Source: a virus
DNA length: 64,000 nt
Reading direction: 5' to 3' (one strand)
IMG/VR virus record: IMGVR_UViG_3300043395_003072
Span: 64,001-128,000 of that record
A program made the position numbers and the translations under genes. This document shows positions 1 to 10,116 of this stretch, piece by piece. How positions within the stretch are numbered: position 1 is the first letter of the stretch; every line of letters begins with the position of its first letter. The notes under the pieces were generated by a model. The model searched no databases, was not told where the DNA came from, and saw only the letters and a list, made by a program, of their open reading frames with translations.

Positions 1-1
1 A

Positions 2-100
2 CAAGAGCAAGAGACTCCAGTTGTTCAAGAAGAGAAGCCTAAGCGTCGTGGTCGTCAACCTGCCCAAGATAAGCAAGAAGACGAAGAAGATGCCTTGTAA
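2..100 (+). CDS. 3' end of a hypothetical protein (truncated by window edge)
   Basis: Frame +2 is open from the edge to TAA 98-100 (QEQETPVVQEEKPKRRGRQPAQDKQEDEEDAL*) and overlaps the ATG of the next gene. Not in the ORF track. Confidence 0.6.
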   Translation, partial: QEQETPVVQEEKPKRRGRQPAQDKQEDEEDAL

Positions 101-221
101 TTGTAAGAAAACTAGAACTAAAGAAGCTAAACAAGATCTTGACTCACTTAAGCAGAAAGCACAAGAACTTGAGAAACTTCTTCAAGAGTTAAAAGCTAGG
201 ACAGCTCCTAAAACCAATTAA
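90..221 (+). CDS. small basic coiled-coil hypothetical protein (43 aa)
   Basis: ATG at 90 overlaps the upstream ORF end (MPCNCKK...heptad coiled coil). The track's TTG start at 21 lies inside the upstream gene. Its stop overlaps the convergent gene's stop (TTAA 218-221). Confidence 0.55.
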   Translation: MPCNCKKTRTKEAKQDLDSLKQKAQELEKLLQELKARTAPKTN

Positions 222-445
222 TTGATATTAGGAATATCCTCTAGTATAGAAACTCTACGCTCTAGAGATATTAAAGTCTCTTGGATTACAGCAAGCTCAG
301 TACTTATAACTGTTAAAAGTTCTTGAGTCTGAGTTGCTGATACAAATTGTGTTTGAGCAGTAAGTATATCTCTTACTCGCTCTTCTAAGTTAGCGACTCT
401 TCTTAATAAGAGTGCGTCGCCTGGGTTATTGCTATCTAATGGCAT
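218..445 (-). CDS. small coiled-coil hypothetical protein
   Basis: GGAGG SD 6 nt upstream of ATG at 445, TGATG coupling with the upstream gene, heptad repeats (RVANLEERV, ISLERRVSILE). Confidence 0.7.
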   Translation of the reverse strand: MPLDSNNPGDALLLRRVANLEERVRDILTAQTQFVSATQTQELLTVISTELAVIQETLISLERRVSILEDIPNIN

Positions 446-783
446 CACTCACCTCCAAGTAGTTTAACTACAAATGCGCTCACTAAACCACCGCCAGCAC
501 CCCAACTAAGTTTCTCCGCCATAGAGATCTTAAGACCAGTAATATCCTTCTGGATCTTCTCGTCTTCTTTGCGGAGCTTAGTTAACTCTTCCTCCAGCTT
601 CCCAACTTTAACTTCAAGAGTAGCTTGAGCAATTACATTTCTATTTAGTTGTTCAATAATAGAGTCGATCTTATCAGAGATTTTGTCCATGCTACTTTTC
701 AAGTTATTCTCCGTCTCTTTCAGACGGTAAGATATTAAAGATAAGTCTTGAGGTATAGGTGTCTGTGATTTAGAGTCCGACAT
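445..783 (-). CDS. holin-like / XhlA-like coiled-coil membrane protein
   Basis: Long coiled coil followed by one C-terminal hydrophobic helix (WGAGGGLVSAFVVKLL). Sits right after the tail fibre gene. AAGGA SD. Confidence 0.5.
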   Translation of the reverse strand: MSDSKSQTPIPQDLSLISYRLKETENNLKSSMDKISDKIDSIIEQLNRNVIAQATLEVKVGKLEEELTKLRKEDEKIQKDITGLKISMAEKLSWGAGGGLVSAFVVKLLGGE

Positions 784-826
784 TTTTAGCTTCCTTGTTG
801 TTGGTTGATAGCTTTTTTATAACAAA

Positions 827-3025
827 TTAGAGCTTTAATTTACAATATGCTAAGCTAAATTCTACCAATGGAGCTATTGCTTCTCTTTGAGTTGGATTAA
901 AAAGATCTTTACTTCCGGAATATTTACTAGTCCAAAGATCGTCTATAAACTCATAAAATGTATTTCCGGTACTAAAATTGCCGTCAATATCTAACAGGTC
1001 AGCACATAATTTGTGTGAATCTGAGATATTCAAACCGTAATCTACTACGCCAAGTATACCACCTAAATCTACTCGCCCCCCTACTTCAGAATCATAGTTA
1101 TATTTCTTAGTGACTACTCCTATAAAGTTCTTTTCATTAAGCACTTCATTACTGATAGTTTCTATTTGGCTATTACTAAAGTCCTCCGCTACTAGGTAGC
1201 TTCCAAGTTTTTGATTAAAGTATGTATCTGAAATACAAAAAGTCACCTCTTTATTAACAAGTCCATACCTTCTATTTATATAAGAAGGACAAGCATATAG
1301 TTTATCTGAAACATTATACGTTCCCAGTATCATAACTAAAGATTCTCCTTCAGTCATGATATCTGTTTCTGTTATAAGATTTTTATAAATACTAAAGTAG
1401 GAATTCTCTGTATTATTTGCATTTAAAAAATAATTACCTTGAATTCTTTCGTACGTTTTATCACTTCTATAGATTCCAACAGCGCTAGTACCCATATTAT
1501 AAAAAGCTTCTATTCCTGCTTCCCACCACAAGGAATGAGAGCTCATTACTCTTGATTTTGGATCTTTCAACTCATCAAATAAAGTTACTGTTTCTTCTAT
1601 TTCACTTGAATATTCTGCATAAAGGCTCGCATTTGAACTTAAGGGATACTTAGCGTTCTTATAAGCAAAAGCTAAAGTGAATGGTACTTTCTTAATAATG
1701 TGCCCACTAATCGATATATTTGTTTTCAATATATCTAGTCCATAAGAAATTGCAGGGCTTAAGGATTTATAGTCTTTATACTTTGCAATCTCCCACTTAT
1801 TACTACTCTTTTTGTAAGACAAAGTATTGTGGCTCTTAAGAAGAGTATCTTTTTCTTCAAAAGTATAGTCTTGTTTTGTATTTATGATATTAGAGTTTTG
1901 ACTAGATGAATATAGTTGCGCCTCTGTTACTGAAGGGCGCATCTGTATGTCTTCCCAAACAATAAGCCTATTTATAAATTTCTGGCTAGCAGAATCATAA
2001 ATTAAGGTATGCTTGTTAAGTAAAGCGTTAGGATTATTAACATCAGCTAGATCAAATATGGAAGATTCCTGTAGCTTTTCAAAAGCAACATCTTTGATAC
2101 TTTCTCTAAATAGATTTGTCTCTTCAGCTTCTACTGCATCAAACTCTAAAGATTGAATTAGATGTTCAGTGGTTACAGCCAAGTAGCTACTCCCACTTGA
2201 ACTATCGCTTGGCCCCGCCATTAAAGCTATATCTCTTACTGTTGCTACTTCCAAAGTACCGCTTACTGTCTCTGTTGCTTCTACTGTACTAACTGATCCT
2301 GCAATCCATTCTCCATTATTATAAACTAAAGCTTGTCCATTAGACACTACATCTACATCTACATTTGTTAGATCATTTAACTCTAAGCTTCTATTTAAAT
2401 TTAAACTTAATGCTGGATATGTTGATCCATCATTAAGATTTTGAATCAAAGATAAATCTAAGCCGCTGGTTAGTTGAGTCAAGATCTCATAAAGATGTTT
2501 ACTTAATGGCCAGTTTAGTAAATTATTTTGACTGCAACTAAAATTGTATAAACTGCCAAATGAATCTTTTCTGAGTCTCTCTAAGTTAAATCCATTACAA
2601 GCAATTTCATCTACAAGCCCAGTAATATCATTAACCACTGCTTGAGCTTCTACTACCCTATCTACTACTGACTCGAATAGATAATCAAAAGATTCTTTTA
2701 CAGTACAAGGTCTTCCCTCTCCAGCGACAACACCTGCTTTCCAATATAATCCGCTTTGAAAGCTATCGTTACCTTGCTCTTCTGGATAAGTAACTACTGT
2801 TAACCCACTGATTCCTACTTGGGCTGCATCATAAGTATATCTTGGTCCAGAAGCTAAACTTTTAAATCCTGGTACAATAAGACTGTTAATATAATTAGCA
2901 ATCTTATTTAGATCATCTCTGCTTCTTTTAGTTGTTAAAAGAAATGCGTCTTTGTTTTCTGTATTAGAAATAGCCGCTGTATTTATCTTAATGATCTGAT
3001 TCAGATTGTTTAGATAGTTTGCCAT
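827..3025 (-). CDS. tail fibre / receptor-binding protein
   Basis: Fibre-type repeats LNDLTNVD...GQALVYNNGEW and IFDLADVN...TLIYDSASQKF, plus an ATETVSGTLEVAT fibre repeat. Distal end of the tail module. Confidence 0.65.
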   Translation of the reverse strand: MANYLNNLNQIIKINTAAISNTENKDAFLLTTKRSRDDLNKIANYINSLIVPGFKSLASGPRYTYDAAQVGISGLTVVTYPEEQGNDSFQSGLYWKAGVVAGEGRPCTVKESFDYLFESVVDRVVEAQAVVNDITGLVDEIACNGFNLERLRKDSFGSLYNFSCSQNNLLNWPLSKHLYEILTQLTSGLDLSLIQNLNDGSTYPALSLNLNRSLELNDLTNVDVDVVSNGQALVYNNGEWIAGSVSTVEATETVSGTLEVATVRDIALMAGPSDSSSGSSYLAVTTEHLIQSLEFDAVEAEETNLFRESIKDVAFEKLQESSIFDLADVNNPNALLNKHTLIYDSASQKFINRLIVWEDIQMRPSVTEAQLYSSSQNSNIINTKQDYTFEEKDTLLKSHNTLSYKKSSNKWEIAKYKDYKSLSPAISYGLDILKTNISISGHIIKKVPFTLAFAYKNAKYPLSSNASLYAEYSSEIEETVTLFDELKDPKSRVMSSHSLWWEAGIEAFYNMGTSAVGIYRSDKTYERIQGNYFLNANNTENSYFSIYKNLITETDIMTEGESLVMILGTYNVSDKLYACPSYINRRYGLVNKEVTFCISDTYFNQKLGSYLVAEDFSNSQIETISNEVLNEKNFIGVVTKKYNYDSEVGGRVDLGGILGVVDYGLNISDSHKLCADLLDIDGNFSTGNTFYEFIDDLWTSKYSGSKDLFNPTQREAIAPLVEFSLAYCKLKL

Positions 3026-5013
3026 TATATAACCCTAACTTGGATTTGATCTATTTTGGGAGTAACTCTCTGGTCGAAAGTTTTAAGGATAGCCTTTATG
3101 TATAAAAGGTTATTATTTTCTTCCAACTTTACTCTGGTTTTGCAAGTGATTTCAAAGTCTTCAAGCTTTGAATCTCCTACAGTAGTTTTATTTTTAATTT
3201 TAAAGTAAAGACCTTGAGAAGTTTCTACAATAGTATAAATCCCAAAATCGTTATCACTTAAAAATCTTTGATTTGATACTTCTTTTAAAGCATGCGCATA
3301 CACTTTATCAACACCAATATACTCTTTTACCCCTCTAAATACCGAAGAATAATCAAAGCCTTCAATTACGTATTTATGATTAAATGGATATAATCTATCT
3401 ATACTTCTTAACTGTCTAATTGATTGAACTGATCGCTCATCTATATCTAAGTCAATCCAGTTTTCTTTAGAAGTTTTAAAGCTATGAGTTCCAAAAGTTA
3501 AAAATACTTTTCCATTTACAATTCTACCATTTAAAAGTGCAGATGCATTTCCAAGATTAATATATCTGCCTTCTGGTTGAGTAATCTCTATTGTAGTACA
3601 GTATTTACTTCCATCAAATTCCCAACCACTACTGGCTTGATATGTTTTACTATCTTTATTTGATAATACGTTCCTTTTGATACTAAGGCTTTCTTTTATA
3701 AACAGCTCCTTGTTCTCTGCGCTTATATAGTAGTTTAAAAGCTTTTCATTGTTTTTAAGAGTTATCTCCTGAGGAATACTCTCTGCTAAAAAGCCAAGAC
3801 TGCTTTCAGAATCTACTATCTCAAATATATCATTCTCAGTTTCTCCAAACTGAACTACTTGTCTTGATTCTCCATTAAAGTCTGCTTTTAACCAATTAAC
3901 ATTATCTTTGCTTAAATAAATATCTACTGTAGTTTTTTCCGGAACAATACAACAAGTTCCACCTTTGATTGTTGCAAGGTTAAAGTTAATAGGCTCAGAG
4001 TTTTCATCTAGGATTTCGTATGGTCCTAGATAGGCTACTGACTCTTCATTTATTCTATAAGCAGATTTTGTGTGCCCTATAAAATCTAAAGAAAATACAT
4101 AACCATAATCATTTGCTACTTTTATATCATAACCTCGTTTAGTAATAACTAGTCTTAGTCTCTTAACATTATCTTGATTTACTTCTACATAGTTTTCATT
4201 ATTTGTAACTCTTAAATCACTTTCAAATACTTGAAAGTAGTTACTCCCATCCTTCGTATACAATACGCTATAACTTTGCTTAGAATTGATCTCTAAAGCA
4301 TCTGTAGTAAATTTCAATGTACCAATAGACCTTCCTGTAGGTTCTGAAAAACTTGTCTCTACAATAAAGTCTACTACTTCATCTTCATACTTGGAATATG
4401 AAACCACCTTGAAGAAGGTTCCATCTTCTTTAAAAGCATTTGAAAAGGCATTGTAGGCAGTTTCTCTTAACTTCCCATTACCTCTATGCCTTACATGATA
4501 TTGAGTATTACCAAACTCAAAGCTTTCTGAAGCTACTTTATCAAAGCCTACAGTAAGCTTACCATTGAAGAGATAGATGTTACTCCTATCCATATCTATA
4601 TTTGAGTAGTCGCTAAAATCTTCAACTATTCCATAGTTGTAAATATCTGATTTACTATAGAGTAGTAAGTCTTTATTTAGATTACGCTCAAGCCTCTTAA
4701 CCTCTCTAAATGTCTCATCTATCCTTCCAGAATAAATTCTGAAATTATCTTCAAGCATTTTAGATTCAGATTCTATTTTCTTAAATAGCGAATCTAAGTC
4801 TTCATGAGCTTTTAAAAGAATATCATTGTAATGTTCACTTGAAGATTCTGCTCCTACCAAGAAGTAGTTTTCTATACCCCCGGCAAGCATTCCGACTTCT
4901 TCAGCTTTTCTATTTGTTTCTATATAATTGTTATATAGAACATTTAATTCATTTCTCTTCGGAGCTCTGTTATTCGCTCTAATAAAATCTTTTAATAATT
5001 TATTCTTAATCAT
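3025..5013 (-). CDS. baseplate/fibre-attachment structural protein (paralog 3)
   Basis: N-terminal coiled coil, EDFSDYSNID motif, beta-rich body. Probable start MIKNKLL at 5013, just after the upstream stop (track start 5028). Confidence 0.6.
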   Translation of the reverse strand: MIKNKLLKDFIRANNRAPKRNELNVLYNNYIETNRKAEEVGMLAGGIENYFLVGAESSSEHYNDILLKAHEDLDSLFKKIESESKMLEDNFRIYSGRIDETFREVKRLERNLNKDLLLYSKSDIYNYGIVEDFSDYSNIDMDRSNIYLFNGKLTVGFDKVASESFEFGNTQYHVRHRGNGKLRETAYNAFSNAFKEDGTFFKVVSYSKYEDEVVDFIVETSFSEPTGRSIGTLKFTTDALEINSKQSYSVLYTKDGSNYFQVFESDLRVTNNENYVEVNQDNVKRLRLVITKRGYDIKVANDYGYVFSLDFIGHTKSAYRINEESVAYLGPYEILDENSEPINFNLATIKGGTCCIVPEKTTVDIYLSKDNVNWLKADFNGESRQVVQFGETENDIFEIVDSESSLGFLAESIPQEITLKNNEKLLNYYISAENKELFIKESLSIKRNVLSNKDSKTYQASSGWEFDGSKYCTTIEITQPEGRYINLGNASALLNGRIVNGKVFLTFGTHSFKTSKENWIDLDIDERSVQSIRQLRSIDRLYPFNHKYVIEGFDYSSVFRGVKEYIGVDKVYAHALKEVSNQRFLSDNDFGIYTIVETSQGLYFKIKNKTTVGDSKLEDFEITCKTRVKLEENNNLLYIKAILKTFDQRVTPKIDQIQVRVI

Positions 5014-5014
5014 T

Positions 5015-7816
5015 TTAAGCCATTTCAAGATTTAAATTATAAATAATAGGCGAATAATATTTTTCTATTCCTTCAAGATTTAATCCATCTGGTTTTTCTA
5101 ACCATAAGAATTTGATCTTATTATTAACTGGAAGCAGCTCCTCGGTATATACTGAGATTCCGTTTTCAATTTTAATATTAGTTATCTCTTTAAAGATATC
5201 ATACTCAAAGTAAACATCTGCAATTGAGTAAGATACATCTTTAATCGTACTAGCTTCTATAGCTTCTTCTGTATAGATAACTCCATTTGTATAATCTACT
5301 GAGTACTTCAATACTTCTTCTTTGGTTCCAAGATAATAGTACTCTACACTATAGCCTTTACTAATAGAGTCTTCTTCTTTTAAATCTATGGTGCACACTC
5401 TTCCGTTTACAGTAGCAGTGCCTAATTCTTCGTTTCCTTTGAAAACCTTTACTTTAAATCCTTTTTCTAGATAGGGAATTTCTACTAAAGTAAAACTTAC
5501 TTTTCCAGATAAGTTCTTTTCTATATTTGGTACTGGATCGTTTTCCATGAAGTTGAGGTTCAAGAACTCTGTGAAGCCGTCAATATAATCTACTTCCTTG
5601 TATAAAACATCTTCTCCAAACAAATCTTCACTTAAAGTTAAACTTCCTTCAATAATATTACTGTGCTTCATTATAAAGCATTGGTTACTATCACTCGTTC
5701 CTCTTCTCTCTACGTAGCTTTTATTTATAGAGTCGTAACTTCTTGTAGAGCTTTCTTTTAGCTTCTGAGTTATTTCATCTATATATAGGCTATCTTCATA
5801 GAAATATAATCCATTAATTACATTTTCCTTAGCCCATATTTCGTATTCATTTTTATTTAAAGTCTTTTCTTTGAAGAATTTATAGATGCATTTTCTTTCA
5901 GCAGTAGAATTAGCATCATAGTAAAGTATTCCGTCTTGGCTATTTAGCTCAAAATCTTCCACTGCTTCTTTAATCCAAATATTGTTTTCCAGATAGAAAA
6001 GCTCAAAGCTATCTGAGTCTAGATTCTCTTCTTTTAAAAAGAAACGAGACTCTTCTTTAGGTAAAAATTCAGTAACCCTCTCTGAGCTTCCATATAGAGA
6101 GGTTACTTTAATTTCATCTTTATCATAATCAAAACTCTCGTTGATTGGAGAGTAGTAGCCTTCAGGTTTCTTTATTATGGAGGCCCTTAACGGTATCAAA
6201 GATAGCTTTGGCAAGTAAGTTCCACCAGTAAGATTTACAACTATCTCTTTACCATTCTCTCTTACGTAAAAACTTCCATTTGAAACTACTTCTGCCTCAG
6301 TACTTTTATTTACCCAGTACTCATTATTCATCTGAAGCTTTATCTCACTACGCTTTATATTGCTCTTATTGAGATTGTAAGGTAACGGAATAATATTCTT
6401 ACCCTGGTTACTTACTGTACCGAGGCTAATTCCATTTTCTTTTCTAGAGAGAACTTTAGGTTGAACAACTTTCAATGTTTTCCCATTGAAGCTTTCTAAG
6501 CTGTAGTTCACTGGAGATATATTTCTATTTATATTCTTTGTTACTTTTTGAACATTCGCAAAGAAGTTCTCTGTAACTATATCTTCTATAAGATTATTTT
6601 CTCTTGTTAATTTATAATTAAAAATTAACTCTTTTGACTTTCCGTCTAATATAGCTAGATTGTTTGTAATATCTAAGTACTCGCCACCTTTATCAAAACT
6701 AACTTTTAGGTCTTCCATATAAGTAGCTGATTTAACCGGAAATAAAGATCTTGTCCCTTTCAAAGAGTAAAGTCCTTCTGGGGTTTGGTAAACAGAGGAA
6801 CTTAACTCGCCGCTCTCTTTATAAACGTTAGAGTAAAATTCTAAGTTCTTTATTCCTAGCCCAAATACTTTCTCTCCCACGCTATTGCTATACTCAGAAG
6901 TTTCTAAAGTAATTGCAATCTTAATTGCTCGTACTGGTAAATGCTTAATGGGTAGTGAATCTGAGTAAGTGTAAGAGTCTAAATTTAACTGTTGATAGCT
7001 TTTATTAATCAACGAATCTAAGCTAACTCTTCTCCCATTACTATCTGTATAGATGAGCTCTTTTATTTTAAAAGATAAGCTCCCATTAGTATTCATTCTT
7101 CCGATTACTACTTCGTTGATAATCTCTTCTCTATTTAAATCTAATATTAGTTTTACTTTTAAGGGGCCGCTACCTTTCTTGTGTATCTCAAAACAAGTAT
7201 CAGGATTCTCATCTATTAGATTGTAGATTAGCTTATTCTTCCCAGTCTCTGGGTTGCCTGGTATCCCATTACTTTCCTTTGAGATTAATATTTTGTTAAT
7301 CCCGACCTTGCTTCTTTTCTCAATAGGCAGTGTCGCTACTTCAGCTACAGTATCTACACTTAAACTAACGCTACTATTTCTAGAATTATCAATATTATAT
7401 AAATTTATAAAATCTTCTTTGATTGCAAACTTAACACTATCTTTGAATTTAGAAATTAAAGACGCCTTTTTTCTAAGCTCGTTTGTCTTTCCAATCAAAC
7501 CAAGCTTTTTAACTTCTATCTTATTGTAATATTCTTTAATTAAATCTAATAAGCGTTTCTCAAGAAATACAATCTCTTTAATCTTATAATCAATTAAAGC
7601 TTTTTCATTTACTTCTTGTTCAATATTTAGCTGAGTAAAAGTGTTTCTCTTTAGTACTCTTGTATGTAAAAGTTCCTTATAAGCTTCAATATCTAAAGCT
7701 AAAGATTCAGCTGCATTTCTTTCTTCTACGGTTATGAAACTACTACTCTGGATGGATGATACTAACGACTCTTGAAGTGCTAAATTAGGCCTGTTTATTA
7801 AGCTATTAAATGACAT
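5015..7816 (-). CDS. baseplate/fibre-attachment structural protein (paralog 2)
   Basis: N-terminal coiled coil, EDFINLYNID motif, discoidin-like NLIDENPDT segment. Probable start MSFNS at 7816 with GGAG upstream (track start 7855). Confidence 0.6.
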   Translation of the reverse strand: MSFNSLINRPNLALQESLVSSIQSSSFITVEERNAAESLALDIEAYKELLHTRVLKRNTFTQLNIEQEVNEKALIDYKIKEIVFLEKRLLDLIKEYYNKIEVKKLGLIGKTNELRKKASLISKFKDSVKFAIKEDFINLYNIDNSRNSSVSLSVDTVAEVATLPIEKRSKVGINKILISKESNGIPGNPETGKNKLIYNLIDENPDTCFEIHKKGSGPLKVKLILDLNREEIINEVVIGRMNTNGSLSFKIKELIYTDSNGRRVSLDSLINKSYQQLNLDSYTYSDSLPIKHLPVRAIKIAITLETSEYSNSVGEKVFGLGIKNLEFYSNVYKESGELSSSVYQTPEGLYSLKGTRSLFPVKSATYMEDLKVSFDKGGEYLDITNNLAILDGKSKELIFNYKLTRENNLIEDIVTENFFANVQKVTKNINRNISPVNYSLESFNGKTLKVVQPKVLSRKENGISLGTVSNQGKNIIPLPYNLNKSNIKRSEIKLQMNNEYWVNKSTEAEVVSNGSFYVRENGKEIVVNLTGGTYLPKLSLIPLRASIIKKPEGYYSPINESFDYDKDEIKVTSLYGSSERVTEFLPKEESRFFLKEENLDSDSFELFYLENNIWIKEAVEDFELNSQDGILYYDANSTAERKCIYKFFKEKTLNKNEYEIWAKENVINGLYFYEDSLYIDEITQKLKESSTRSYDSINKSYVERRGTSDSNQCFIMKHSNIIEGSLTLSEDLFGEDVLYKEVDYIDGFTEFLNLNFMENDPVPNIEKNLSGKVSFTLVEIPYLEKGFKVKVFKGNEELGTATVNGRVCTIDLKEEDSISKGYSVEYYYLGTKEEVLKYSVDYTNGVIYTEEAIEASTIKDVSYSIADVYFEYDIFKEITNIKIENGISVYTEELLPVNNKIKFLWLEKPDGLNLEGIEKYYSPIIYNLNLEMA

Positions 7817-9686
7817 TTGATGTTGCTCCGTATTGGCTCTCTTCAAAAGTTTCATACTCTATATAAGCTTGCTCATCTTGAGCTTTCTCTTCTATCAGCA
7901 CCCTGTACTTAGAAAGTATACTGGATTCATTCATCTTGCTTTCGCTTCTAAATATTAACCTTGGTCTTATAAAACCAAAACTATCAGAGAGAAGCTTTGA
8001 GAATATCACTTCGCCATTTACCAATTTTAAGGCTTTGATTTCATCTAAGTAAAACTCGTCATCAAGTATATACTCTACTGTATATACTGATTCAAACTCT
8101 GGAAAAGACTTTAGCTTTATCCAAAAATAACCAGCTATCTTTTCTTTGATCTTCTTGCTCAGCTCTTCTGAAGTTATTACTGTTTCTTCAAAGGAGTCTT
8201 TTTCGTTAATAGAAACAAAGTAGTCATTAAACATTGTTAATAATTCTTTGTTTCCATTCTTAGTTTTATAAACCTTAATGCTGTTAGATAAATTTATATC
8301 TTTATTTATCTTAGGGAAAAGTAAAACTTTAGCTTCTCTGTTCTTAAAAACTAAGACTTCTTTTTCTTGATACTTTCCATTTGGAAGTGAAATTACTTTA
8401 TTGTATCTTGGGGTTTTAAAGCTTTTATTTTTAAAAGCTTCTATGTTTGTTTCCCCATAGAGTACAACATGTAAGCTCTTCTCAATAAAGCATTCAGGGT
8501 CTTCATAGATTAATTTATAATCCATAAAAGCTGATATAGGTTTACTTACTGGAACTATTTCAGCTTCTCTATAAAAACCAAAAGCCTTATTAATTCTAAG
8601 TGAAGTTTTTATTTGTTTAATTGAAAGATCATATATTCTATAAGATTCACTCTCCTGGAGTACTGGATACTTATTCAAATAAGATTTAAAAATGAGCTCA
8701 TCTTCTTTAGATGATTCGCTATAGCTAACATTCTCAAAATACTTTGTTTGAATTAGCTTTATCTTTAATTTTTTAGTTCTAGTCTTATTGAAGAAAACTT
8801 GTTTTCTATTATACTCCTCTGAGACACAAACACCTTCTAGAGCTTTCCAACCAAACTGCTCATCAAAATAGAATATGTTTCCTGTCTCTAGGTTTACTGG
8901 TAGAGATGATGCGCTCTCTACGAACAGATGATTAAGCTCTTGTTCTCCATTGAATCTCAATACAAGGCTTACCGATACTGGTCTATGCACTCTTCTCTGA
9001 CCATCTAAAGAGTTTTCCTTCTTGCCAACTATATACTTCCAGGTTCTATCTTCCCTGATTAAATCAAAGTTATCTTTGCTTATATCTATAGGCTTATAGG
9101 TGTCTCCAAGGAAAGACTCTTCTGCTAGTAAGTCTATTTTTACAATAGATAGCTTTTGTTCATAGAGTAATGGAGACTCAATTGAGTCATCTTTAAATGA
9201 TACTTGATCTTCCTTTGTAAAACGCATCCCCGTTTTGGAATCTACTAAATCATAAGACTCTTGAAAGTCTTTCTCTTTAAATAAAGAGACTACTTTTACT
9301 TTGTTGTATTTGCTGTTTAATTTTAAATTAATCTCTTCTATCTGATCTTTAAATACTTTTAAATCTTTATTAAAAGACTTAAACCAGTTTTCAGTTTTGT
9401 TATAAAACGAATCTAATACTTGATCTACTGTTTTCATTTTTGAGTTGTACATATAAAGCATATAGCTTAGGTTCTTGAAACTAAAAGAAAACTCTTCAGC
9501 TCTTATAAGTCTATCGTATTTTAAATCTTGAAATTTAAAACGTTCAAACTCAGATATCCTTGATAATAAAAAAGCCTCGATATCTCTATCGAGGTCTTTA
9601 ATTCTAGAATCGCCTCTTAAGGAGAGTCTATATTTTGCTGCATCCCGCGCAGCAAATGTAAAATCAAATAGTTCATTACGAATCAT
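7806..9686 (-). CDS. baseplate/fibre-attachment structural protein (paralog 1)
   Basis: 626-aa ORF with the same coiled-coil plus beta-sandwich layout as its two downstream neighbours. Confidence 0.55.
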   Translation of the reverse strand: MIRNELFDFTFAARDAAKYRLSLRGDSRIKDLDRDIEAFLLSRISEFERFKFQDLKYDRLIRAEEFSFSFKNLSYMLYMYNSKMKTVDQVLDSFYNKTENWFKSFNKDLKVFKDQIEEINLKLNSKYNKVKVVSLFKEKDFQESYDLVDSKTGMRFTKEDQVSFKDDSIESPLLYEQKLSIVKIDLLAEESFLGDTYKPIDISKDNFDLIREDRTWKYIVGKKENSLDGQRRVHRPVSVSLVLRFNGEQELNHLFVESASSLPVNLETGNIFYFDEQFGWKALEGVCVSEEYNRKQVFFNKTRTKKLKIKLIQTKYFENVSYSESSKEDELIFKSYLNKYPVLQESESYRIYDLSIKQIKTSLRINKAFGFYREAEIVPVSKPISAFMDYKLIYEDPECFIEKSLHVVLYGETNIEAFKNKSFKTPRYNKVISLPNGKYQEKEVLVFKNREAKVLLFPKINKDINLSNSIKVYKTKNGNKELLTMFNDYFVSINEKDSFEETVITSEELSKKIKEKIAGYFWIKLKSFPEFESVYTVEYILDDEFYLDEIKALKLVNGEVIFSKLLSDSFGFIRPRLIFRSESKMNESSILSKYRVLIEEKAQDEQAYIEYETFEESQYGATSNVI

Positions 9687-10116
9687 CTATTTCAACTCCT
9701 ATGTAGAGTCGCCTTGTATCGGCTGTATCATTTCCAATGAACTTTAATTTTACAGTAAAAGTTCCAGCGTTATCTAGAACTGCTTGTGGTAGCAATATTT
9801 TATTTCTATAACTACTACCATTTTCTAAATTAAAAGCAATCCACTCTTCATTTATTTCTACAAATAAACCCTTAGGTTCCTCTAAGGAACCCCAGTGAAT
9901 TATATCGTTATAATCTTTACTTAAGCTATTTTCTATAGGGTAGCTTATTTCTCCTAAAGTACTGCTAGCTTTTAGATAAATACCTGGACTAGTAGTAGCT
10001 TTATCACTAAACACCTGAAAAGAAATATCTTCCCCAGCTAAAAGTTCAGATCTAAGTTTTAACAAGTCTGATTCTTGCAAAACCTCTCCTGTTATTTTTC
10101 TGAATATAAAACTCAT
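9676..10116 (-). CDS. hypothetical virion structural protein
   Basis: 146-aa beta-rich ORF, ATGA-coupled to the upstream gene. Confidence 0.6.
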   Translation of the reverse strand: MSFIFRKITGEVLQESDLLKLRSELLAGEDISFQVFSDKATTSPGIYLKASSTLGEISYPIENSLSKDYNDIIHWGSLEEPKGLFVEINEEWIAFNLENGSSYRNKILLPQAVLDNAGTFTVKLKFIGNDTADTRRLYIGVEIDDS

